Source: an archaeon (lineage in GTDB: Archaea; Thermoproteota; Nitrososphaeria; Conexivisphaerales; DTJL01). From it: 32,000 bases of DNA. Positions 1 through 7,181 of the stretch are shown one piece after another. The stretch lies in assembly GCA_021811935.1 (NCBI GenBank), contig JAKAPW010000007.1, positions 1 to 32,000 on the forward strand, written 5' to 3'. Made by a program: the position numbers and the translations under genes. Numbering within the stretch: the first letter of the stretch is position 1; every line of letters begins with the position of its first letter. Under the pieces are notes generated by a model. That model did no database searches. It worked only from the letters and a program-made list of their open reading frames with translations, and had not been told where the DNA came from.

Positions 1-150
1 TCTTCTGAAAGGCTCTGCTGACTCCTCTCGGAATTTGTTCCCGTTTGCTGTCGTCGAGAGAACCCATACCCGAAGCGAAAGCGGTATGCTAGGATGATTA
101 CGATGACGGTGACAACAACGACTATAACAGCAGTAAGAGCAATATTCAAT

Positions 151-423
151 TCAGTAGGTCAGCTCCATGGCTCCTACGTGACAAAATGGTAATAAAAGAG
201 GTTCGGCGCGTACGAATTTTGTATGAGTGGAACACCGCATAAGCGGACCCGCCCCTTTAGGCAATACCCAGCTTTTATGGTACGGCTGGTCCTCTTCCCT
301 CGCCAGCAGCACCTTGCTTCCGCGAACGATCGCTACCGCCACGATTAACCTGATTCCCGGGTCGTGGGTTTCCGGCTTCACGCGAATGGATAGAATTGCG
401 TACAAGTGGTGCGTGTGGGCCAT
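151..423 (-). pseudogene. NUDIX hydrolase N-terminal fragment (truncated)
   Basis: Internal ATG at 423 of track ORF 151..441 (the track start is GTG). IRLIVAVAIVRGSKVLLAREEDQPYHKSWVLPKG resembles the segment preceding a Nudix box. No GX5EX7REUXEEXGU box follows in any frame, and the sequence turns AT-rich below about 250. TATA-like tatttaag on the minus strand at 442-450. Confidence 0.4.
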
Positions 424-667
424 AGAACGGGCTTCCCACACTTAAATATGGGACAGAAGTCGGAGACGATGGCGATGGATTCCGCCTGGACCTGAACAGT
501 CCGAATCGCACCTTCCGGTGCTGATGACTCCTTGCGAATAGTGGTGTAATGGGTGGGGTCCGTGGACAAGTGGGAAGGATGGCGGGTGAGACAGCGCGCG
601 TCGTGCTTCATGCTGCGATCAGAGGTGTCTTGAACCGTTGCCCGGGGATGCCTCCACGCGCGACCGG

Positions 668-922
668 ATGCAGGAAGAGCAGCTGATGGGCAAGGCGATA
701 GACTGCGCCGAGGCGTTGATACTTGAAAGAGAACTGACGTCACTGACGGCCAAGATGGCCTTTCTGGAGTCGGATATACCGCGGCTCGAAGAAGAGCGGA
801 CCAGGCTCGACCGACTGGTCTCCAAAGCAGAGCGGGACATCGATTGGATGAGAAGCAGGATAGAATCGCTGGAAATGGAAAACGCCCGGCTGAAGGATTC
901 CTTGAAGGTGGGGAAGCGTTGA
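668..922 (+). CDS. hypothetical coiled-coil protein (84 aa)
   Basis: ATG 668 lies in frame inside track ORF 638..922, whose start 638 is TTG. Heptad-like Leu/Glu/Arg-rich sequence (LESDIPRLEEERTRLDRLVSKAERDIDWMRSRIESLEMENARLKDSL). No family recognised. Confidence 0.45.
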   Translation: MQEEQLMGKAIDCAEALILERELTSLTAKMAFLESDIPRLEEERTRLDRLVSKAERDIDWMRSRIESLEMENARLKDSLKVGKR

Positions 923-984
923 CGTGGAGGTTACCTGGGCGCAGAAGGCGCCTTCCGCGCCTGAATGGTAGTCAGGAGGAAAGG

Positions 985-1341
985 GTGAAGGGGCTATGCA
1001 AAAGGTTCGGCACCGATCGCCGTTCCTTCCTGGAACTGGGTCTCCGGTCCATGGCGCAGGGGGAGACACCCGACGTCGGCCTTCTTCGGCGCCGGCTTGA
1101 AGGGGCCGGGAAGAGGATGACCGACCTCGCCGCGAGGCATGCCCCCCTGGCCTCCGTCGTGGCTTCGTTGCGATTCAGGTGGTACACCATGTCATCCGCC
1201 TGCCAGAAGGAATCCATGGTGCTGCTGTCACTGGAGGCAGAACACAGGGCGTTGGCGACCCTTGTCGGCGTGCCACATGATGCCAGCCACCAGAAGGAGG
1301 AGGAGGACCTCTTTGACAGATATAACGGGTCGTCGGGGTGA
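985..1341 (+). CDS. hypothetical protein (118 aa)
   Basis: GTG 985 lies in frame within track ORF 844..1341. It is preceded by the strong SD-like ggagga at 975-980. The upstream part of the track ORF overlaps the previous CDS. No family recognised. Confidence 0.4.
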   Translation: MKGLCKRFGTDRRSFLELGLRSMAQGETPDVGLLRRRLEGAGKRMTDLAARHAPLASVVASLRFRWYTMSSACQKESMVLLSLEAEHRALATLVGVPHDASHQKEEEDLFDRYNGSSG

Positions 1342-1461
1342 AGGTCCTCCTGCCTTGAGGGAGGAAGGCGCAGGAGTCCGGCTCCCCCATTGCTATTCCT
1401 CCATCGTTCCGGCGGAGGACGCAGGAAAAGACCCGAAATATAGATTCTGGTTTCGTAACAC

Positions 1462-1469
1462 CTATATAG
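1462..1469 (+). promoter_or_regulatory. TATA box candidate for cetZ
   Basis: ctatatag lies 37-44 nt upstream of the cetZ ATG, in an otherwise GC-rich spacer. Confidence 0.4.
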
Positions 1470-1505
1470 TTGCGCAGTTCGAATTGGCGGCACAGGTTCA
1501 ATGAA

Positions 1506-2663
1506 ATGAGAGTCGGTGCAATCGGTGTCGGTCAGGCCGGTGGTCGAATACTCGACCTCTTCGTATACCAGAACTATTACGCGGGACACAAGGATGTCCT
1601 TCCGCTGACGCTGGCGGTGAACGCGGCGAAGTCTGACCTCATGGGGCTTTCTTCCGTCCCCAAGCAGGACAGGCTGCTGATCGGCCACACTATGGTCAAG
1701 GGCCATGGTGTCGGCGCGAACCCCGAAGTGGGGGCCAAGGTGGCCGAGGAGGATTCGCGCAGCATCAGGAGGGCGATATCGGAGCGCGCGACCCACCAGG
1801 TGGACGCGTTCCTGATATTCCTGGGGCTGGGAGGAGGGACGGGCTCCGGGGCCAGCCCCGTCATCGCCCGCATGCTCAAGGAGATATACAAGGAGCCGGT
1901 GTACGTCATGGGGGTGCTCCCCAGCGAGTCCGAGGGCTCGTTGTATTCGGGCAACGCGGCGCGCAGCCTGAGGGCGCTCACGGAGACCGCCGACGGCATA
2001 ATGGTCTTCGACAACAACATCTGGCAGAGGGAGGGCACGGCGATAAAGAGCAGCTTCGACCAGATGAACCAGGAGGTGGTGAAGCCCCTGCACAACATCT
2101 TCGCCGCGGGCGAGGCCACCGGGTCCGGCCACGTCGGCACCAAGGTGATAGACGCCTCCGACGTCATAAACAGCATACAGGGCTTCGCGTCCTACGGCTA
2201 CAGCGGCTGGACCAAGTCCTGGACCGACGTGCTGAAGGACACGGGCAAGCGCGCCCTGATGAGGGAGAAGACCTCGGTCGACCAGCTCGACCCCGCCAAC
2301 AGGATATTCTCGCTCGTCCAGGGAGCCGCGGCCGGAAGGCTGTCGGTCGACTGCGACATAAAGACGGCCTCCAAGGCGCTGGTGGTCGTCTCCGGGAACC
2401 CAGGGGAGATGAACAGGGAGGGGATGGACAGGGGCAAGGCGTGGCTCGAAGAGGTGACCGGCGGTGCCGAGATCAGGGGAGGGGACTACCCCCAGCCTCA
2501 CTCCCGCGAGCTGGTCTGCAGCGTCCTCTTCTCCGGGCTGAAGGAGATACCCGTGCTGAAGTCGCTGATAGAGAGGTCGCAGGTGAAGAAGACGAAGAAG
2601 GCCAAGGTGACGAAGGGGCAGCTCTACAGGGCCCTCCCCAACATAAAGATGAAGACCGAGTAG
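1506..2663 (+). CDS. cetZ: CetZ-type tubulin/FtsZ-superfamily GTPase
   Basis: Starts at the internal ATG (MRVGAIGVGQAGGRILD). GQAGG N-terminal motif and tubulin signature GLGGGTGSGASPV. About 385 aa, typical of CetZ rather than FtsZ. Confidence 0.88.
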   Translation: MRVGAIGVGQAGGRILDLFVYQNYYAGHKDVLPLTLAVNAAKSDLMGLSSVPKQDRLLIGHTMVKGHGVGANPEVGAKVAEEDSRSIRRAISERATHQVDAFLIFLGLGGGTGSGASPVIARMLKEIYKEPVYVMGVLPSESEGSLYSGNAARSLRALTETADGIMVFDNNIWQREGTAIKSSFDQMNQEVVKPLHNIFAAGEATGSGHVGTKVIDASDVINSIQGFASYGYSGWTKSWTDVLKDTGKRALMREKTSVDQLDPANRIFSLVQGAAAGRLSVDCDIKTASKALVVVSGNPGEMNREGMDRGKAWLEEVTGGAEIRGGDYPQPHSRELVCSVLFSGLKEIPVLKSLIERSQVKKTKKAKVTKGQLYRALPNIKMKTE

Positions 2664-2686
2664 CTACACTAAAAGGGGAACGGGGG

Positions 2687-3712
2687 ATGCTGTTGTTTTC
2701 GGTTCAGCTGATAGCGGTCGCCGCGACCCTTGTGAGCGGGTCCGTCATCTTTCTGAAGATATTGATAGACCCCTCGTCCCCCTTCCTCAAAAGGAGACAT
2801 GTCGAGACGGCCCGCTACAGCGTATTGCTGGGCATCCCTCTCGGCCTGGTCTTCCCCCTTCTGTCCCAATATGACGAGTACGCCCTGCTCGGGTTCACCC
2901 TGGCTCTTCTCTCTTTCACTGTCTACTATTACATGCTCAGGCGCTCCCCGTCCTCCTTCTACCGCTTCAGGCTGGGCTGGGTCTCGCGCGAGACGGTGCG
3001 CAGCAGGTTCCTGCACCTTGCGGTGGCGTCCGGGGTGGCCTGCTTCGTCGACCTCTTCTTCTGGCTGAACATATTCGAGGTGCCGTTCGGCTCCCCCGTG
3101 CCGCCGACCGTCCCCGTCATGCTCGCCATGGTGAGCTCGATATCGGGCCTCTTCGCATTGACTTCGTTCGTCCCGAAGCTGGACATCCTGTACTGCCTTG
3201 TCGACGACTTCACCCAGAACTCCTATCACCCAAGGCCGGGGATGTGGATAGAGATAGAGGACACCGATTTTCCGAGCATAATAGCCGGCACGGCGTTCAC
3301 GTCGATGGAGATGGTGGACGCCTTCGAATCGCTGAGGAAGGAGGGATACCTGGAACGGCAGCCCCATCCGATCATGGGCAGGGTCAGGTACAGGATATTC
3401 CCCGAGGGCATGGTCTTCCTGGACACGAGCGCGCAGGACGTCAGGGGCCGCATAGACGCCGCGATGCGCCAGATAGACATATCGGCCGACGCCATAAACG
3501 GCCACGTGAACGGCGCCCGCCCGCTCGAAAGCCGCTCCCTGGACGGCGCGACCAAGGAGCTCCAGACGCTGAGGAGCAAGATTCAGCGCCTCAAGGAGGA
3601 GTATGGCCGCCTCGTCCCCGTGGAATGGGAGGCCTCCTCGCTGGCGAAGATTCATCAGCTGGAACTGGGCGTGCGGGACCAGGGCGGAGAGCCGGCCCTG
3701 GTGGAAGCCTGA
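2687..3712 (+). CDS. membrane protein with cytoplasmic winged-helix-like segment and C-terminal coiled coil
   Basis: ATG 2687 lies 23 nt after the cetZ stop and is preceded by aaaaggggaacggggg. About 5-6 hydrophobic helices in the first ~230 aa. Then SMEMVDAFESLRKEGYLERQPHPIMGRVRYRIFPEG and a coiled coil (LQTLRSKIQRLKEEYGRL). The track ORF start at 2441 overlaps cetZ out of frame. Confidence 0.75.
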   Translation: MLLFSVQLIAVAATLVSGSVIFLKILIDPSSPFLKRRHVETARYSVLLGIPLGLVFPLLSQYDEYALLGFTLALLSFTVYYYMLRRSPSSFYRFRLGWVSRETVRSRFLHLAVASGVACFVDLFFWLNIFEVPFGSPVPPTVPVMLAMVSSISGLFALTSFVPKLDILYCLVDDFTQNSYHPRPGMWIEIEDTDFPSIIAGTAFTSMEMVDAFESLRKEGYLERQPHPIMGRVRYRIFPEGMVFLDTSAQDVRGRIDAAMRQIDISADAINGHVNGARPLESRSLDGATKELQTLRSKIQRLKEEYGRLVPVEWEASSLAKIHQLELGVRDQGGEPALVEA

Positions 3713-3755
3713 AGAAGCCCGCACATGGCCCCGGCTGGGCGGCAAAGGCGAATCG

Positions 3756-3892
3756 TGGTAGCCCGGGAAGGATTCGAACCCTCGTCACCAGGTTTCCCCT
3801 CGTGTGTACCAAGGTCTGTGCCGACCTCGTACAGATCCAGAGCCTGGTATCCTTGGCCACTAGATTCGGCGGCTCAACGCCTCGACCGGGCT
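3756..3892 (-). tRNA. tRNA-Gln (anticodon CUG) with two introns and encoded CCA
   Basis: The reverse complement folds as acceptor AGCCCGG/CCGGGCU (7/7), D stem AUCU/GGAU, and D loop AGUGGCCAA. The anticodon stem is CCAGG/CCUGG with loop CUCUGG..A (anticodon at 3838-3840). The T arm is GAGGG-UUCGAAU-CCUUC, followed by discriminator A and CCA. Inserts of 18 nt (3867-3884, between U8 and A9) and 43 nt (3794-3836, 37/38 site) must be removed. The mature length is then exactly 76 nt. Confidence 0.8.
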
Positions 3893-3925
3893 ACGGGCTA
3901 CCGACCCATGGCAGCGGCACGGGGG

Positions 3926-3932
3926 TTTTTAA
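3926..3932 (-). promoter_or_regulatory. TATA box candidate for tRNA-Gln
   Basis: ttaaaaa on the minus strand, 34-40 nt upstream of the tRNA 5' end. Confidence 0.35.
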
Positions 3933-3976
3933 CTGCTACCTGCCAAAGGCTATCGGGGTCCTTCGCCGGACGCGGG

Positions 3977-4321
3977 CTATCGCGCCTGTCTCTGGAACAT
4001 CTTGGCGAGGGAACGCATCCCCAGGAGAAGTATCACCGACGCCCCGATGTTGACCGCCTGCGTCGCCAGCAGCGTCGGGGTGGAAATGACGCCTATTATG
4101 CTGGCCAGCGCCGCGGGCGATATGAACGGGATGAGCAGCAGACTCAAGACGTTCCTTATCGTAAACAACACGAACGCGACTATCACGAGCGTCCAAGCCA
4201 CGAAGCTTCCGACTATCCCTGTTATGCGATATGCGTAGTATACCGCCCCGACCGACAGCGCCACCTGGACCACCGCGGACAGGGCGAGCGCCTGGACCAC
4301 GAGCGTGTCGACCATCTTCAT
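3977..4321 (-). CDS. small membrane protein (114 aa, about 3 TM), last gene of the KaiC-like operon
   Basis: Its ATG (4321-4319) shares one base with the KaiC-like stop TGA (4323-4321), giving TGATG. Sequence MKMVDTLVVQALALSAVVQVALSVGAVYYAY... is strongly hydrophobic. The rest of track ORF 3977..4873 is out-of-frame overlap. Confidence 0.7.
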   Translation of the reverse strand: MKMVDTLVVQALALSAVVQVALSVGAVYYAYRITGIVGSFVAWTLVIVAFVLFTIRNVLSLLLIPFISPAALASIIGVISTPTLLATQAVNIGASVILLLGMRSLAKMFQRQAR

Positions 4322-5094
4322 CACTTCCTGGCCTTCGCAGCCTTCCTGAACATCTCCATGAAGTTCTCCGGGGCCGCCCGCCTCGGCGAGCCCGTGATCA
4401 CCCCCTCGTACTCCAGGAAGGGGGCCGCGACCCTTATCCCCTGCGGCGTGATTTCGTATTCTCTGAGCCTCTTGTCGTGGTCGCTCCCGCGCATCTTCAG
4501 CACGGCCAGGGCCTTCTTCATGGATGACTCGATTTCGACCATCCTGAAGAGTAATATCGTGTCGACCAGGAAGCTCATGCCGACCTCCGTCACGGCGAAC
4601 GACTGGGCGGCGAGCTGCGCGGACTCCCACACGAACATGGAGCTGAGGCCCCTGGTCTTGAACCACATTATGGTCCTGTAGGCCTCCTTCCTGAGCTCGT
4701 TCTCGCCCACGTACATGGCGAGATGGCTCAGCGAGTCCAGCACCACCCTCCTCGGCTTGATCTCCTTGACCGGCCCCTCCAGCAGGCTCCCTCCGCCGCT
4801 CTCCAGCAGCAGGTTCGGCGAGGTGCAGACTATCTGGAGCCTGTTCTCCTCTTCGAATCTCTTGAGGTCCCATCCGAAGTTGGCCGCGTCCCTGTAGATC
4901 TGGTCGGGGAGCTGCTCGAAGGTGACGTATATCCCGTTCTCGCCGAACTTGGTTATGCCGTTGTAGAGGTACTGCAGCCCGAGGGTGGTCTTCCCGGTCC
5001 CGGCGCTGCCCGCCACCATCACGGCGTCCCCCTGCATGAATCCGCCCCCCAGCATGCGGTCCAGCTCCGCTATCCCTGTCTTCACCCTATCCAT
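4321..5094 (-). CDS. single-domain KaiC-like / RecA-superfamily ATPase
   Basis: IAELDRMLGGGFMQGDAVMVAGSAGTGKTTLGLQYL (Walker A) and RRVVLDSLSHL (Walker B). 257 aa. COG0467-like architecture. Confidence 0.9.
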   Translation of the reverse strand: MDRVKTGIAELDRMLGGGFMQGDAVMVAGSAGTGKTTLGLQYLYNGITKFGENGIYVTFEQLPDQIYRDAANFGWDLKRFEEENRLQIVCTSPNLLLESGGGSLLEGPVKEIKPRRVVLDSLSHLAMYVGENELRKEAYRTIMWFKTRGLSSMFVWESAQLAAQSFAVTEVGMSFLVDTILLFRMVEIESSMKKALAVLKMRGSDHDKRLREYEITPQGIRVAAPFLEYEGVITGSPRRAAPENFMEMFRKAAKARK

Positions 5095-5389
5095 CCTTCT
5101 TCAGCCCCCTGAGATAGTCGGCTACCGTCTCCTGTATCTCCTTGTCCTTGCCCCTGTCGAGGTATATCGCCTCCGAATTCCCTATCTGTTTAGTGGCCAG
5201 TATCCCCAGGCCGACCAGGTCCCTCACGTCTTCTTCCACCGACTTCGGCACCAGACCGATCCTCCTGGCGACGCCGTCCATGCTGTCTATGAGCCCGGGG
5301 TTCTTGCGGAACAGTACCAGGAGGTCGCCCTTGACCTCGGAAGAAAGCAGCTTCTTCAGTATCTCGCCACCCGTGCTCAAGCAGGTCAT
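5087..5389 (-). CDS. small winged-helix protein (100 aa)
   Basis: The ATG at 5389-5387 forms ATGA with the upstream gene's stop, and the CDS overlaps the KaiC-like start by 8 nt. LFRKNPGLIDSMDGVARRIGLVPKSVEEDVRDLVGLGILATKQ is wHTH-like. Confidence 0.7.
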   Translation of the reverse strand: MTCLSTGGEILKKLLSSEVKGDLLVLFRKNPGLIDSMDGVARRIGLVPKSVEEDVRDLVGLGILATKQIGNSEAIYLDRGKDKEIQETVADYLRGLKKDG

Positions 5390-5787
5390 CTCCCCCCGGC
5401 TGACGCCTCGCGCATCGCCCGCGCCACCCATCCCTCAAAGTCGAAGGTCTTCCCTTCCTCGTAGGAAAGGCCGAGCCGGCGGTACAGGTCCTTGGCTATC
5501 ACCTTCTCCAGCGTCAGGCCGCCCTCCTTGAAGACGGAGCGCAGCCTCTCATGGAACTCCTTGGGCTCCCTCACCAGACCGTCGAGCTTCAGGTGGAACA
5601 GCACCACGTTCATGCCTATTTCGCCGAGCACGTTCTTCAGGCCGTCGTGGACGCAGCTCTGGAGGATGTCGTAGAATTCCGGTCCCCTGTTCGCCGGTTC
5701 GCCTCGGGACGTGTCCAGCCTGGTCGGGGTCAGCTTCGCCAGCGTCGGCGGCCTTGCTACGGTCTCGCGCCCCCCGCCGGGCATCAT
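5386..5787 (-). CDS. hypothetical protein (133 aa), first gene of the KaiC-like operon
   Basis: Internal ATG at 5787 (MMPGGG...). The Pro/Arg/Thr-rich N-terminus is followed by a globular C-terminal ~85 aa. A TATA box lies 26-34 nt upstream. The longer track ORF (to 6093) overlaps vapC out of frame. Confidence 0.6.
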   Translation of the reverse strand: MMPGGGRETVARPPTLAKLTPTRLDTSRGEPANRGPEFYDILQSCVHDGLKNVLGEIGMNVVLFHLKLDGLVREPKEFHERLRSVFKEGGLTLEKVIAKDLYRRLGLSYEEGKTFDFEGWVARAMREASAGGR

Positions 5788-5812
5788 GGCTGAATTGATA
5801 GCATATGTGTTA

Positions 5813-5821
5813 CTTATAAAA
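5813..5821 (-). promoter_or_regulatory. TATA box of the KaiC-like operon (leaderless-type spacing)
   Basis: The minus strand reads ttttataag, 26-34 nt upstream of ATG 5787. A GCCTCG/CGAGGC hairpin (5830-5845) lies just upstream, after the vapC stop. Confidence 0.45.
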
Positions 5822-5852
5822 CCTTCCGCGCCTCGGGCGCGAGGCCGCCGCT

Positions 5853-6233
5853 TCACACTTCCAGGTACCTGCCCTTCGGCGTCTTCGCCAGTTCGCTGTC
5901 CGTGGTCAGAAGGACGCCGTTGAACCGCCTTGCGAGGGCGAGCGCGTACGAGTTGGCCAGCGAGAGTCTGCCGTTCCTGCACTTCTCCACTCCGGCTGAT
6001 ATGGACAGGTCCAGGTCGGGCCACACGACCTCCATCCTTTCGGCCAGCTGCCTTGTCCATAGGATAGCGACATCCAGGCCGAATTTCTGGCATGTCTTGT
6101 AGTAAGACTCGGAGAGCGTCACCGAAGAGAGGAGGCCCCTGGCCCTCCCCGCCTGGACGCGGTCGACCAGCGGGCGAAGTCGTTCGTCTTCGGCGTAGAA
6201 GAGGGCCCCCGTATCGAACACGAAGGATGTCAT
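5853..6233 (-). CDS. vapC: PIN-domain toxin VapC
   Basis: MTSFVFDTGALFY... at the N-terminus and ...ANSYALALARRFNGVLLTTDSEL at the C-terminus, a PIN acidic-residue pattern. ATGA overlap with the upstream antitoxin. Confidence 0.85.
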   Translation of the reverse strand: MTSFVFDTGALFYAEDERLRPLVDRVQAGRARGLLSSVTLSESYYKTCQKFGLDVAILWTRQLAERMEVVWPDLDLSISAGVEKCRNGRLSLANSYALALARRFNGVLLTTDSELAKTPKGRYLEV

Positions 6234-6469
6234 TTCTCGGCTTCTCTGCGATGCTCCGCTTCCAGTTCCCTGACCGTCCGAATCAGTTCTTCTCTGTGAG
6301 CCCGGCCGCTTCCGAAGCACTCGTTCAGGGGTGGGACCCGGAGCAGTACCGCGCCTTGGTCGGTCTCGAGGAAGACGATTCTGTCGCGTTCTTTGATACC
6401 GTATCTCTCTCGTATGCTTGCGGGAATGTTGACCATGCTCTTGCTCGTCACGGTCTCGGTCATTGCCAT
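6230..6469 (-). CDS. vapB: AbrB/SpoVT-fold antitoxin VapB
   Basis: SKSMVNIPASIRERYGIKERDRIVFLETDQGAVLL is an AbrB-type swapped-hairpin motif. 4-nt overlap with vapC. TATA-like aaatatat (minus) about 20-28 nt upstream. Confidence 0.85.
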   Translation of the reverse strand: MAMTETVTSKSMVNIPASIRERYGIKERDRIVFLETDQGAVLLRVPPLNECFGSGRAHREELIRTVRELEAEHRREAEK

Positions 6470-6660
6470 ATTCGGGGAGGAATACCATATATTTGAAGAC
6501 CTTTATGGAATCGGCGGGGCCGTATGGGTATACGGACGACATGCCGCGAGCATATCATCCGGTCGGGTCTTGAGACGTCTGCTCCTGCCCGGTTGTCCCT
6601 TGCCATATGCTGCTCGACCCTGCATGGTGAGAAAGGACTGAACCGACTGCGCATCCCCAT

Positions 6661-6801
6661 TGAGTCGAGCTCCCTGGCAGTCGTCATCGTCCTGTAGCCT
6701 CTGATGAGCCACGGCTTCATGCCGAGCTTGTCGTCGATGCACTGGACGGCATCGTTACTTCTGTACGGACCTTTGACGCCGAAATGGGCAGTCAGCAGCC
6801 C
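6661..6801 (-). pseudogene. possible IS200/IS605 TnpA (Y1 transposase) remnant
   Basis: Within track ORF 6460..6888, LLTAHFGVKGPYRSNDAVQCIDDKLGMKPWLIRGYRTMTTARELD loosely matches the TnpA pattern HxH..v..pPk.s.s..vq.lKg...... W.rGY...TvG. The HUH motif is degenerate (AHF) and the rest is unrecognisable. Confidence 0.3.
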
Positions 6802-6872
6802 AGGTTTTCTCCCGGGGAATCGGCGACCTGTCCAGACTTCTCGCCCCGAAACATCCTCCCCTCTCCGGCAGC

Positions 6873-7034
6873 TTGTCGGAGGCGCCAAGGATAATGGGCC
6901 ATCTCCTCAGACTGGGAAGGCCAGTGGATGCGTCCGACGCCCTCACAGCTGGAATAGCATTGTCAAACGAAACTGCGCCCGTTGTCATGGGCGATAGGGA
7001 TTTCCGGGGGATTGCGAAGGTCGCCAGTATCGAA
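6873..7034 (+). pseudogene. PIN-domain C-terminal fragment (5'-truncated vapC)
   Basis: LGRPVDASDALTAGIALSNETAPVVMGDRDFRGIAKV matches the PIN C-terminal pattern G.pi...D.liAa.A...g..lvT.D.dF..i. No N-terminal PIN half is present in any upstream frame. Confidence 0.45.
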
Positions 7035-7110
7035 ATACGGTTGAAGGCGGGCCCGTGGAAGTCACACGCTCGTCCGTCAGTTCAATGGACAGCGGGAAGC
7101 GCAACTCTCC

Positions 7111-7130
7111 CCTCTGTCTGCTGACAGAGG
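7111..7130. other. perfect 8-bp stem-loop CCTCTGTC-tgct-GACAGAGG
   Basis: Read directly from the sequence. It lies in noncoding DNA between the PIN fragment and the next vapC. Confidence 0.6.
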
Positions 7131-7181
7131 TTCCGGAAACGGAGTGCCTCTCAGCTTGGTAAGGCATCCGCAAGAGAGGGG

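Noticed and set aside
1-149. Partial minus-strand ORF (TTG start; LNIALTAVIVVVVTVIVIILAYRFRF...) running off the left edge.
   Set aside because: It has one hydrophobic helix, no ATG, no recognisable family, and too little sequence in the window. It is not reported as a feature.
516-600. C-box-like ctgatga, suggesting a C/D box sRNA in the spacer before ORF 668.
   Set aside because: No D box (CUGA) or C'/D' pair lies at the expected 50-70 nt spacing, and there is no terminal stem.
972-2501. 509-aa ORF on the minus strand opposite cetZ.
   Set aside because: It is antisense to a gene with clear tubulin-family motifs. The translation is Arg/Pro/Gly/Leu-rich and low-complexity, with no family signal. 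This is a typical high-GC antisense artefact. The same reasoning applies to 2669..3745, 11857..13011, 16382..17743, 21693..22700, 21899..23053, 23376..24530, 24427..27222 (931 aa), 28444..29601 and 30039..31439.
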